Assembly (NCBI RefSeq): GCF_039541115.1
Contig: NZ_BAABFP010000004.1
Coordinates: forward strand, 372,001 to 436,000
DNA: 64,000 bases
Direction: 5' to 3'
From: Angustibacter luteus
Lineage (GTDB): Bacteria; Actinomycetota; Actinomycetes; Actinomycetales; Angustibacteraceae
Part shown: positions 38,751 through 50,101 of the stretch, one piece after another
Layout of the letters: each line of letters opens with the position of its first letter
Position numbering within the stretch: the stretch's first letter is position 1
The notes under the pieces: generated by a model
Seen by the model: only the letters and a program-made list of their open reading frames with translations
The model's database searches: none
Told to the model about the DNA's origin: nothing
Program-made: the position numbers and the translations under genes

Positions 38751-40421
38751 TCACCCCTTCGGCGGGGTCAGCTTGGTGATGATGAGCAGGGCGTCGTCCG
38801 GCGCCGCGTACGGGTCCTTCTCGTTCGGCCAGTTCTCGGCGTTCTTGGTGCGGTACTGGAACCACTTGGCGCCGTACCAGAGCGGGATCGTCGGCAGCTG
38901 GTCGACGAACACGTCCTGCAGCTGCTGGACGATCTGCTTCTGGTCCGCCTCCTTCGTGGCGACCTTCAGCTGCCCGAGCAGGTCATCGGTCTTGGCGTCG
39001 TTCCAGCGCACGAAGTTGGCGTCGGCCTTCTTGCCGATCGGCGCGCTGCGGTCGCTGCCCAGCGGGTCGTCGAAGTTCGTGTACATGTTGCAGGTGCCGC
39101 CGTGCACGCCGAACGTCATCTCGTAGTTGCCCACCGCGCGGTCGTTCTCCACGTCCGTCGGCGCGGCGGTTCGCACGTCGATCTTGATCCCGGCCTTGGC
39201 CAGGTTCGCCTTGATGATCTGCGCGGCCGAGACCCAGTCGAGGTAGCCGGCCTGGACCTTGAAGGTGAACTGCATCGGCTTGCCGGACTTGTCGAGCAGC
39301 TGGCCGGCGTCGTTGTACGTGTAGCCGGCGTCGGTGAAGGCCTGCTTCGCCTTGGCGGTGTCGAAGGGGTAGACCTCCCCGTCGGTGTACTTGGGCGAGA
39401 GCCAGTCCTTCTGCCCGGGCAGCACCAGGCCCGTCTGCGACGCAGGCTCGACGTAGCCGTACTCGGCCTTCTTCGAGATCTCCTGACGGTCGATCGCGTA
39501 GGCCATGCCCTTGCGGAAGCCGACGTCGCTGAAGGGCTTCTTGGTGAGGTTCATGTACAGGCTGATGTCGGCGCCGGCCGGGAACCAGTACTTGTTGTGC
39601 TCGGGGTCCCGGGACACGAACGTCTTGTCGATGTCCGCGACGAACATCGAGTTGAAGTCGTAGTCGCCGCGCGCGAGCCGGAGCTTGTCGGTGTCACCGC
39701 CGCCGCCGTTGGAGCTGAAGGTCAGCTGGTTCACCTTGACCTTGTCGGCCTGCCAGTAGTTGGGGTTGCGGGCCAGCAGGAGCTGCTGGCCGTTGAACGA
39801 CTTGACCGTGTAGGGCCCGGTGCCGATGGCCTGCTCGTTGGTGAACTTGACCGGGTCGGCGACCTTGGACCAGATGTGCTGCGGCACGATCTTGGTATTC
39901 GCCAGCTTGACCAGGGTCGGCGAGGACGGCTCGGAGAACGTGAAGGTGACCTTGTCGCCACTGGCCTCCACCGACTTCAGCGGCGTCAGCCAGACGCCCT
40001 CCATGTCGAACTCCGGGTGCTGCTTGAGCAGGTTGAACGTGTAGGCCACGTCCTGCGCCGAGAAGGCTTGCCCGTCGCTCCACTTCACTCCCGGCCGGGT
40101 GGTGACGACCAGGTGGGTCGGGTCGGAGTAGTCGTACTTGGTGGCCAGCCACGGCGTGACGTCGCAGTTGTACTTGTTCACCTGGAACAGCGACTCGTAC
40201 GTGTAGTCCGTGGTCAGCCGGGACGGCGAGTACGGGTTGAAGTTCTTCTGCGGGTTGTCCCCACCCCCGAAGCCGCCACCGTTGAGGTTGGCGATCATGC
40301 CGCCCGTGGACGTCGTCGCCGCGTTCTGGTCGGGGTTGCAGGCTGCGATGGCGGGCACCAGCGCGGCGACCGCCAGGGCAGCGGTGAGTCGGGTGCTGCG
40401 GGACTTGTGTCGGGTGGACAC
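38751..40421 (-). CDS. Family-5 solute-binding lipoprotein (probably oligosaccharide-binding)
   Basis: Lipobox IAAC, KWSDGQAFSAQDVAYTF, GTGPY; AAGGAGG RBS; flanked by glycosidases. Confidence 0.9.
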   Translation of the reverse strand: MSTRHKSRSTRLTAALAVAALVPAIAACNPDQNAATTSTGGMIANLNGGGFGGGDNPQKNFNPYSPSRLTTDYTYESLFQVNKYNCDVTPWLATKYDYSDPTHLVVTTRPGVKWSDGQAFSAQDVAYTFNLLKQHPEFDMEGVWLTPLKSVEASGDKVTFTFSEPSSPTLVKLANTKIVPQHIWSKVADPVKFTNEQAIGTGPYTVKSFNGQQLLLARNPNYWQADKVKVNQLTFSSNGGGGDTDKLRLARGDYDFNSMFVADIDKTFVSRDPEHNKYWFPAGADISLYMNLTKKPFSDVGFRKGMAYAIDRQEISKKAEYGYVEPASQTGLVLPGQKDWLSPKYTDGEVYPFDTAKAKQAFTDAGYTYNDAGQLLDKSGKPMQFTFKVQAGYLDWVSAAQIIKANLAKAGIKIDVRTAAPTDVENDRAVGNYEMTFGVHGGTCNMYTNFDDPLGSDRSAPIGKKADANFVRWNDAKTDDLLGQLKVATKEADQKQIVQQLQDVFVDQLPTIPLWYGAKWFQYRTKNAENWPNEKDPYAAPDDALLIITKLTPPKG

Positions 40422-40461
40422 GGTCTACCTCCTTGTAGACGGGCGATCCGGTGGGCGACTT

Positions 40462-41577
40462 CTAGGCCCGAGCGGTTGCCCTTCTTGGCCGCGAGGGAGC
40501 GCGGTGGGACGTGCGGGGCCGGGTGGCCCCCGCAGGGTGGTCAGGGGCACAGCCGCAGCTGGCCCGAAGGACGACCTCCGCCGGAAGCTCGACTTCCGAT
40601 GGCAGGTCGGTCCCCCCGTCGATGGCGGTACGCAGCATGCGCACCGTGCATGAGCCGAGCTCACGCATCTGCTGCCTCACGGACGTGAGGCCAGGAGCAG
40701 TCAGTGCCGCGGCGGGCAGGTTGTCGAACCCCGTGAGGGCGACGTCCTGCGGCACGCGGATTCCCCTGCCCAACAACGTGATCAGCATGCCGATGGCGAT
40801 CTCGTCGTTGACGCACACGGCGGCGCGGGGGCGGTTGCGCATGCCCAGCAGGTCGTCCGCGGCAACCAGACCACCGGCCTGGTCGTGCGCGGCCCGCAGC
40901 GGGGTGCGCGGCAGCGGGAGACCGAGATCGCGGTGTGCCTGACGGAAGCCGTTCCACCGGTCCTCGCCGTCCGGGGATCCGGTGGGGTTGCCGACGAAGA
41001 CCAGCCGGTCGTAGTCGTGGTCCTCGATCAGGTGCCGGGTGAGCTGGCGGACCGGCTCCGCGCCGGCCGTCCGCACGGTCGGCACCGCGGCGCCGGGGGA
41101 GCCGGCGAGCTGGACGACGGGGCAGCGGGCCTTGGTCAGGGCGTCCAGGACGTCCTGCGGCACGCTGCCGCCCATGACGGCGATGCCGTCGACGCGGTCG
41201 GCCATGTCGAGCACGAGGCGCCGGGAGTGCTCCAGCAGGTGCGTCCCGAGGATCAGCACGGACAGCTGGGAGGCAACGGCTTCCTCCTCGAAGCCCGCGA
41301 TGACCTCGGAGTAGTACGGGCCGGCCAGGCCGGGGAAGACCACGCCCACGGCCTGGTGCCGGCGAGTGGCGAGGGCCCGACCGCGCAGGTTCGGGCGGAA
41401 CCCGAGCTCGAGGACGGCCGCCTGGACGCGGGTCGTGGTCTCGTCGCTCACGGCGTCGACGCCGCGGACGACGCGGCTGACGGTGGCGATGGACACGCCC
41501 GCCCGCTCAGCGACCTGACGGAGGGTGGCCGGGTCGTCGGCGGTGCGTCGAGAACGCCTGGGGGCCAACGGTTTCAC
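40462..41577 (-). CDS. LacI-family regulator
   Basis: TLRQVAERAGVSIATVSRV HTH, NDEIAIG, VPQDVALTGFD. Confidence 0.93.
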   Translation of the reverse strand: MKPLAPRRSRRTADDPATLRQVAERAGVSIATVSRVVRGVDAVSDETTTRVQAAVLELGFRPNLRGRALATRRHQAVGVVFPGLAGPYYSEVIAGFEEEAVASQLSVLILGTHLLEHSRRLVLDMADRVDGIAVMGGSVPQDVLDALTKARCPVVQLAGSPGAAVPTVRTAGAEPVRQLTRHLIEDHDYDRLVFVGNPTGSPDGEDRWNGFRQAHRDLGLPLPRTPLRAAHDQAGGLVAADDLLGMRNRPRAAVCVNDEIAIGMLITLLGRGIRVPQDVALTGFDNLPAAALTAPGLTSVRQQMRELGSCTVRMLRTAIDGGTDLPSEVELPAEVVLRASCGCAPDHPAGATRPRTSHRAPSRPRRATARA

Positions 41578-41647
41578 CGCCTCTCGTCATCGAGCTGGCT
41601 ATCGCGCTCACCATCGAGCGGATTGTGGTCCGGATCCCCTGCAGCCG

Positions 41648-41675
41648 TTGACAACGATTACAGGAAACGTTTACA
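41648..41675. promoter_or_regulatory. LacI-type operator and -35 element in the divergent lacI/GH35 spacer
   Basis: TTGACA at 41648-41653; AGGAAACGTTTACA at 41662-41675 (AAACGTTT core with central CG). Confidence 0.7.
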
Positions 41676-41757
41676 TGAACATAGAACGGACAGACCGACA
41701 TGACAACCCCAAATTTCGTGATCGTGGCGAAAGACCGCCTGGGAGGCGAACTCGCAC

Positions 41758-44157
41758 ATGCTCGAGATCCAACGCCGGCAGCTGCTGGTGGACGGCGAAC
41801 CGCGCCTGCTCGTGGGGGGTGAGGTGCACTACTTCCGGGTCCCGCGCGACGAGTGGCCCGATCGGGTGCGCTCACTCAAGGCGGCCGGCTGCAACCTGCT
41901 GGCGTCGTACATCCCGTGGCTGCTGCACGAGCTGCCGGACGGCAGCTTCGACGTCACGGGTCGCACCCGGCCCGAGCGAGACGTCGCCGCGTTCATCGAC
42001 CTGTGCCGCGACGAGGGTCTGTACTTCCTGGCCCGCCCCGGCCCGTTCGTGATGGCCGAGCTGAAGAACGAGGGGCTGCCGTACTCGGTGTACCGCGACC
42101 ACCCCGAGATCGTGCCGAGCGGTTGGGACGACGTCCCCGCGCCGACCCGCACCGTGGACTACCTCGCGCCGTCGTTCCTGGCGGCCAACCGGCGCTGGTA
42201 CGAGGCGATCATGCCGATCCTCGCGCCGCGGCTGCAGCCCAACGGCGGCAACGTGATCGGCGTCCAGCTCGACAACGAGGTGGGCATGCTCGCGTGGGTC
42301 ACCAACTCGCCCGACCTCACGGACCACCTGCTGTCCGACCTGCGCGACTGGGTGCGGACGACGCACGGCGACGAGACCGCGCGCCGCTATCCGTTCGACC
42401 TGGCGGACGACGCGACCTGGGCGCGCGCCGTCCGCTCACCCGACGAGCAGTGGGCCGCGGCGCTGCGGGTCGACCTCGGGCGCTTCATGCGCACCCGGTT
42501 CGCCCACTACGTGCAGGCTCTGCGGGCCGATGCCGAGGAGCTCGGCATCCGCGACGTCCCGTTCGTGGTCAACATCCACGGCACCGAGGGTGGTTCCGGA
42601 GCGCCGTTCCCGATCGGGATCAGCCAGCTCGTCGAGACCTATGCCGGCGTGCCCGGCATGCTGTCTGGCTCGGACCACTACATGGGCGACATGACGCTGG
42701 GCACCACCACGGACCTGCACATGATCAACGCGTTCATGGCCGCCGTGCACGACGCCGACCAGCCGATCACCTCGGTCGAGTTCGAGGCCGGCTCCGGCGA
42801 CTACGGCGGCGGGCTGGACATGCAGTACGACCCGTCGACCGTCGAGCTGAAGACCCGGCTGTGCCTGGCCCAGGGCAACCGGCTGATCAACTACTACCTG
42901 TTCGCCGGCGGCATCAACCCGCCGCTGGACGAGCCCGTCGGCGACGGCAACGACCGGATCAGCTTTACAGGCGAGCGGCACGGCACCGCGGCCCCGGTCG
43001 GCCCCGAGGGCCAGCACGGCCTCACCTACGCGCCGACCGCACGGGTCACCCAGGCCGCGATGATCCACGAGCGCTGGCTCGCCTCGACCGACGAGGAGCA
43101 CGACGACCTCGCGCTCGGCTTCGTCCTCGACCACTACCTGACCGAGTACCACCACCCGGGCAGCCCCTTGATGACCGAGATCGTCGAGCACCTGCAGGCG
43201 CATCGCGGGGCCGGGGCCCGTCGCGCGCTGTGGCGGTCCCTGCTGCTGGCCGGCTACCGGTTCGGTGCGGTGGACCTGCAGTCCGCGGACGTCGAGCTAC
43301 CGCACGTCGTCGCGCTGGCCACCACCCGCTACCTGGACGCGGACGTGCAGCAGCGGCTGGTCGACCACGCCAGCGCCGGTGGAAGCCTGCTGCTGCTGGG
43401 TCCGGTACCCGAGCTCGACCTCGAGGGCCGCCCCTGCTCGCTGCTGGCCGACGCGCTGGGCGTCAAGCCCGGCGAGCTCGTGCACGGCGAACGCGACTAC
43501 TGGCCGACCCTGGTGGCGCACGGCTGGGCCGCGCCCTGGCCGCAGACCACTGCGGGCTGGCTGCAGCCGTTGCAGGTCACCGACGGGGACGTCGTCCTGA
43601 CCGACGCGCACCTCGACCGCCCCTGCGGGGTCGACGTCCGGATCGGGTCCGGTCGCGCCATCGTGCTGGCCGCCGAGCTGCCCAGCGACCCCGCCCTGTT
43701 CGCCACCGCCGCGCGCGAGCTGGGCGTCACCCCCGGTGTGGGCCTGACGGCCGACGTCCCGGGAGTGGTCGCGACGACGTCCGCGAACGCCGACGGCGAG
43801 CGGCTGCTGCACCTGCTGAACGTGTCCGGCTACCCGGCGCACGTGACGGTCTCGACCGACCCCGGAGCGGACGTCAGCCACGAGCTCGAGGTACCCGCGC
43901 GCAGCGGTCACTGGCTCGCCCTCGGACTCGAGGTCGGCGGTGCCCGGTTGGCCTGGGCGGACGCCGAGCTCACCGAGGTCGGTGCCGGCCGGCTGTCCCT
44001 GGGGCCGGGCCTGTCGACCCGCGGGGACGCCGTCCGCGCTGTGCTGCAGTCGGATCGGCCGGTCGCGGTCGAGGGCGACAGCCACCAGATCAGTACCGAG
44101 GGACGCCAGGTCGTGGTGACCGGCGACGACTCCCCCCTGACCCTGACCTTCTCCTGA
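41758..44157 (+). CDS. GH35-type beta-galactosidase / exo-beta-glucosaminidase-like glycosidase
   Basis: GGEVHYFR, SYIPWLLHE, RPGPFVMAE, QLDNE acid/base, VEFEAG nucleophile, NYYLFAGG; no signal peptide. Confidence 0.85.
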   Translation: MLEIQRRQLLVDGEPRLLVGGEVHYFRVPRDEWPDRVRSLKAAGCNLLASYIPWLLHELPDGSFDVTGRTRPERDVAAFIDLCRDEGLYFLARPGPFVMAELKNEGLPYSVYRDHPEIVPSGWDDVPAPTRTVDYLAPSFLAANRRWYEAIMPILAPRLQPNGGNVIGVQLDNEVGMLAWVTNSPDLTDHLLSDLRDWVRTTHGDETARRYPFDLADDATWARAVRSPDEQWAAALRVDLGRFMRTRFAHYVQALRADAEELGIRDVPFVVNIHGTEGGSGAPFPIGISQLVETYAGVPGMLSGSDHYMGDMTLGTTTDLHMINAFMAAVHDADQPITSVEFEAGSGDYGGGLDMQYDPSTVELKTRLCLAQGNRLINYYLFAGGINPPLDEPVGDGNDRISFTGERHGTAAPVGPEGQHGLTYAPTARVTQAAMIHERWLASTDEEHDDLALGFVLDHYLTEYHHPGSPLMTEIVEHLQAHRGAGARRALWRSLLLAGYRFGAVDLQSADVELPHVVALATTRYLDADVQQRLVDHASAGGSLLLLGPVPELDLEGRPCSLLADALGVKPGELVHGERDYWPTLVAHGWAAPWPQTTAGWLQPLQVTDGDVVLTDAHLDRPCGVDVRIGSGRAIVLAAELPSDPALFATAARELGVTPGVGLTADVPGVVATTSANADGERLLHLLNVSGYPAHVTVSTDPGADVSHELEVPARSGHWLALGLEVGGARLAWADAELTEVGAGRLSLGPGLSTRGDAVRAVLQSDRPVAVEGDSHQISTEGRQVVVTGDDSPLTLTFS

Positions 44158-44169
44158 CGAGAGGACACC

Positions 44170-46017
44170 ATGAGCACCGACGCACGGTCCACCACAGCCG
44201 CCGACGCCAAGCGTGACTGGGACGAGCGGATCTACCGACGCACCGAGACCGGCGGTGGCAGCGACATCCAGCTGCCCGCCCCGGACGACGTCACCGCCGA
44301 ACCCGGCTGCGGGCACATCGCCCTGCGCTGGCGACCGGTCGCGGGCGCCGCCGGCTACATCGTGTCGCGGGCCGAGTCACCGGACGGTGAGTTCGTCGTC
44401 CTCGACCACGGCAACAGCGACGTCCCGGCCTCGCCCGACCCCTGGTACTCCGACGCCGTCACCGAACCCGGTGTGGCGTACTCCTACCGCGTCCAGGCAT
44501 CGCCGTCCCCGGACCTGCAGCCCGGGCCGCCCTCGGCGGTGGTGAGTGCGGCGGCCACCGACGAGGTGGTCGAGCCGATCACGGTGGAGGTGGACGCGGC
44601 CACCACGACCGGTGCGCTGCAGCGGGTCTGGGAGATGGTCGGCTCCGAGCGGCTGTCCCAGCTGTGGCTCAAGAGCGACGACAACGGCAACCCCGTGGCC
44701 GAGGAGTTCGACACCGCGTTGCGCCGCGCGCACGACGAGCTCGGCGTGCGCCGGGTCCGCGCGCACGCGATCTTCCACGACGACGTCCAGGTGCTCACCT
44801 GGCCCGAGGGCGGCAAGCCGGCGTTCGACTTCGCAGGTGTGGACCGGATCGTGGACCAGGTCATCTCGACGGGGCTGCGACCGGTGCTGGAGCTGGGCTT
44901 CATGCCCCGCGACCTGGCGAGCGACGCCAGCAAGACGTGCTTCCAGTACGAGGGGATCGTCTCGCCGCCGAAGGACTGGCAGGTGTGGGCGGACCTCAAC
45001 GGCGCCCTGGCGGCGCACCTGGTCGAGCGCTACGGCATCGAGGACGTGGCGACCTGGGGCTTCGAGGTCTGGAACGAGCCGAACCTCGAGGTCTTCTGGA
45101 CCGGCACGAAGGCCGAGTACCTGCGGCTCTACGAGCTGGCCGCCCACGCCATCAAGGCCGTCGACGCGCGGCTGCTGGTCGGCGGCCCCGCCACTGCGGC
45201 GTCTGAGTGGGTCGAGGACATCTGCGCCTACTGCGCGGAGCACGACGTCCCGCTGGACTTCGTCTCGACGCACACCTACGGCAACGCGCCGGTCGACGTC
45301 CACCCGTCGTTGCGCCGGCACGGCTTCGAGGACGCCGAGGTCTGGTGGACCGAGTGGGGTGTCGGGCACACGCACTTCCACCCGGTGCACGACACCGCGT
45401 TCGCTGCACCGTTCGTGCTGCATGGGTTCAAGTCCGCGCAGGGCCGGGTGGACGCGCTGGCCTACTGGGTGGTCAGCGACCACTTCGAGGAGCTCGGCCG
45501 TCCGCCGAAGCTGCTGCACGGCGGTTTCGGCCTGCTCACGGTCGGCAACCTGCGCAAGCCGCGCTGGTGGGCCGTCTCGCTGGCCGCGGAGCAGGGCGAC
45601 GCGGTGCTCGCGTCGACGGTGACGGGGGACGGCGCGCAGACGCTCGTCGAGTCTTGGGCCACCAAGCACGACGACGGCACGGTCGACGTCCTGCTGTGGA
45701 ACGTCTGCCCGGACGCGTCGCAGTTCGCCGGACGCCCCGACCTGGACCGTTGGGTCACCGTCACGGTGTCGGGCCTCGGCGCGGGCGTGTACGACGGGCG
45801 GCTGGCGCGGGTGGACAACGCGCGGTCCAGCATCGACGTGCACGTCGACCCGGACACGGTCTGGCCCGATGAGGACGAGTGGCAGCGGCTGCACGAGGTC
45901 GACCAGCTGCACGAGGAGGGACTCGACGTCCACCTCGACGAGAACGGGCAGGTCACGGCGATCGTCGACCTGCCGATGCCCGGCATCGCCAGGTTGCGCC
46001 TGACGCCGCGTGGCTGA
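44170..46017 (+). CDS. GH39 beta-xylosidase-like glycosidase with N-terminal FN3-like domain
   Basis: VRAHAIFHDD, ELGFMP, EVWNEP, DFVSTHTY, TEWG, GGFGL. Confidence 0.88.
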   Translation: MSTDARSTTAADAKRDWDERIYRRTETGGGSDIQLPAPDDVTAEPGCGHIALRWRPVAGAAGYIVSRAESPDGEFVVLDHGNSDVPASPDPWYSDAVTEPGVAYSYRVQASPSPDLQPGPPSAVVSAAATDEVVEPITVEVDAATTTGALQRVWEMVGSERLSQLWLKSDDNGNPVAEEFDTALRRAHDELGVRRVRAHAIFHDDVQVLTWPEGGKPAFDFAGVDRIVDQVISTGLRPVLELGFMPRDLASDASKTCFQYEGIVSPPKDWQVWADLNGALAAHLVERYGIEDVATWGFEVWNEPNLEVFWTGTKAEYLRLYELAAHAIKAVDARLLVGGPATAASEWVEDICAYCAEHDVPLDFVSTHTYGNAPVDVHPSLRRHGFEDAEVWWTEWGVGHTHFHPVHDTAFAAPFVLHGFKSAQGRVDALAYWVVSDHFEELGRPPKLLHGGFGLLTVGNLRKPRWWAVSLAAEQGDAVLASTVTGDGAQTLVESWATKHDDGTVDVLLWNVCPDASQFAGRPDLDRWVTVTVSGLGAGVYDGRLARVDNARSSIDVHVDPDTVWPDEDEWQRLHEVDQLHEEGLDVHLDENGQVTAIVDLPMPGIARLRLTPRG

Positions 46018-46031
46018 TCCCCGGGACAGCG

Positions 46032-46067
46032 AAGGGCCCTGCGACCACCGGTGGTCGCAGGGCCCTT
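46032..46067. terminator. Perfect 36-bp palindrome; probable bidirectional terminator
   Basis: AAGGGCCCTGCGACCACC|GGTGGTCGCAGGGCCCTT between the convergent GH39 and pckG genes. Confidence 0.85.
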
Positions 46068-46092
46068 TCGTCTGGGAGGGCTACCGAGCTCG

Positions 46093-47940
<1,848 letters not shown>

Positions 47941-48131
47941 GGGGGTGGCATCCCTTCGCGCGGTCACCGTTGACCTGTTCGGCTCGGCCGTCGGAATCTC
48001 CGGCGGCCCCCGGACTGCTGGTCCGGTGAACCCGCCTCGGCTCGAACACGTCCGGTTCGCGCCGATGGGCGGGTTCTTCGTCACGGTAGCCCCTCGTCTC
48101 AGGTGTTGGTACGCCGAAGTGGGCAACGAGT

Positions 48132-48149
48132 TCGTGAAATCCCTCACAA
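48132..48149. promoter_or_regulatory. Rex- or CRP-type palindromic site upstream of pckG
   Basis: Minus strand TTGTGAGGGATTTCACGA: 2 mismatches to TTGTGAAnnnnTTCACAA, 1 mismatch to TGTGA-N6-TCACA. Confidence 0.6.
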
Positions 48150-48474
48150 GGACGAGGATTGTTGCGGGCTTCTTGCGAGGGGGTGCTGGCTTCTTGCGGA
48201 CGTCGTCGGATCCGTTGTGTCGGTGCGGGTTCCGGGCTTGCGGCCGCGTCGGGTATTTGTTGTGGGCGGCAACTTTGATTCGTGCTCAAGATCGGCTTGG
48301 CGGGCGCGATTGTCGCCTCAACGCGTCTCCTGCCCGATCGTGGCACCCCCGCATCGTCGGCGATGCGACGTTGCCACGTTGACGGCGCTCAGGACGGCGG
48401 ACGCTGGGCTGCAGGCGACCGATTTCAGGTCAGCCGTGGTGCTCCGGTACTATCGTTCGCGGCCACCAGGCCGG

Positions 48475-48547
48475 GCGCCCGTAGCTCAACGGATAGAGCA
48501 TCTGACTACGGATCAGAAGGTTAGGGGTTCGAATCCCTTCGGGCGCG
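48475..48547 (+). tRNA. tRNA-Arg (anticodon ACG)
   Basis: Acceptor GCGCCCG/CGGGCGC, anticodon arm TCTGA-CTACGGA-TCAGA, GGTTCGAATCC; TACTAT -10 at 48448-48453. Confidence 0.97.
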
Positions 48548-48572
48548 CACCGTCTTGAGACAGCGGTACTTA

Positions 48573-49400
48573 CTACGGATCAGGCCCCTGACCTGCGGAA
48601 ACGCGGTCGGGGGCCTTGTTCGTGCCGCCGTTGTGAGCCTCGGCCGCCCCAGCGGTCCGGCCGCTCGGCGCTAACTTCTCGCTAACTTCCGCCCCTCGGG
48701 AACGGCCCCGAGGCAGTACGGCGGCGATCTGGTCCGCCGCCTCCTGGCCGACCACGGGGCTCACGTGCGTGTACAGGTCGGCCGTGATGGCCGTTTGAGA
48801 GTGGCCCAGGCGATCAGACACGACCTTCAGCGGGACGCCTGCCTGCAGGGCCAGGCTCGCGTTGGTGTGGCGCAGGTCGTGGAGTCGAATCGTGGGCAGA
48901 CCAGCTCGCTTGGCTAGGACCTTGAAGTGCTTGGTCACGAACTCTGGGCGCAGCGGACGACCATCCGGCTGCGTGAAGACCAGTCCGTGCTCCTTCCAGA
49001 CTGGCCCAGCGGCCTCACGCTCGAGCTGGTTGGCGATCCGGTGTTCGCGCAGTCGTCGAGCGGTCTCGATATCAAGGGCCACGCCGCGGACGCCGCGCTT
49101 GGTCTTGGGCGTCCCGATGGTGAGATGGCCGCCCACGTCGACGATCTGCTGCACGACCATCACGGACATGCAGTTGACGCCCACGGCATCCCATCGCAGC
49201 CCCACCGCCTCGCCGCGCCGCAGGCCGGTCACGATGAGCAGCTCGTAGAGGCAGGACAACCTGTCCCCTTCGATGCTGACAAGGAACGTGCCGCACTGCT
49301 CGGCGGTCCAAGGCTTGGGCCGCTTGGGGTTCTCCGACGCGAGCTCGATGTGGTCGGCAGGGCTGTAGGGGATCAGGCGTCGTTTGACCGCGGCATCTTG
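48573..49400 (-). pseudogene. Tyrosine recombinase/integrase, 5'-truncated
   Basis: Catalytic set GLRRGE, PKT, HDLRH, LGHS, LYTH present; integrase-like sequence starts only near AVKRRLIPYSPA (about 49395) and the upstream frame looks unrelated. Confidence 0.75.
48582..48616 (+). terminator. Hairpin with GAAA tetraloop downstream of tRNA-Arg
   Basis: AGGCCCCTGACC-T-GCG-GAAA-CGC-GGTCGGGGGCCT followed by TGTT. Confidence 0.65.
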
Positions 49401-49616
49401 GGGAGCGGCTCGGTGATGTGGTCGACGGGTCCCCAGGGTCCTTGAGGACTGGAAGGCTTTCCGGGATGCTGACGGCCTGGTCGAGCAGGGCGGGCGCGCT
49501 CGCCGAGTTGGCGAACCGGGATGTTTCACCTGCAGAGCGCCTGGGACGAGTACACCGCCAGCGACCGCCTCGCGCGAAGTGCTCCGCCGGAGCCGGATCG
49601 ATCCTCGTTGGGGGCC

Positions 49617-49836
49617 ATGACCGGCGCAACTGAGGGTGTGGGTGAAGCAGGCGGCGCCGAGTCTGCGCCCGCCGGCGACGTCTACCTGGTCTGGGTCAAC
49701 CGGGGACCTGCAGGGCGTCTTTGCCCGGGAGGTGGACGCCAACGAGGCAGCGAACAGAGCCAGAGCCGAGTGGACCTCAGGGCTGGGATCGGACGCCACT
49801 AGTACCGTCGCGGTGGAGCACGTAGCGGTCTGGTGA
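49617..49836 (+). pseudogene. Small hypothetical gene split by a 1-bp frameshift
   Basis: MTGATEG..DVYLVWVN continues as GDLQGVFAREVDANEAANRARAEW..VAVW* in the next frame at AACCGGGGAC (about 49700). Confidence 0.4.
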
Positions 49837-50033
49837 CGCTGCGGATCCACGCTGGGTAGTCACAGGGTTCGACTGCAGAGGCGCTCTCGAGGCAGCGACG
49901 GCGGACCCCGCCGCGCCCAGTTGGAGCGACGGCCCCGGCGAACAATCTGGCCGGACGATGCGAAGCGCACGGTGAGTGGGCCATGTAGCCCTCAGGTGTC
50001 GCCCTACAGCTAACGCCTCTTCATATTGCACCC

Positions 50034-50062
50034 TTGGCAATCTGATATATCACCAGTAATGT
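50034..50062 (+). promoter_or_regulatory. sigma70 promoter with TGATATATCA operator in its spacer
   Basis: TTGGCA-N17-TAATGT; palindrome at 50043-50052. Confidence 0.7.
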
Positions 50063-50101
50063 TTGCGACATCAGGGCAGCCAACATTGTGAGGGCAGCGC
50101 A

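Noticed and set aside
49400..49850. Programmed frameshift or intron restoring a full integrase
   Set aside because: No integrase N-terminal-like sequence in the upstream minus-strand ORFs I could inspect and no slippery site; deletion is simpler
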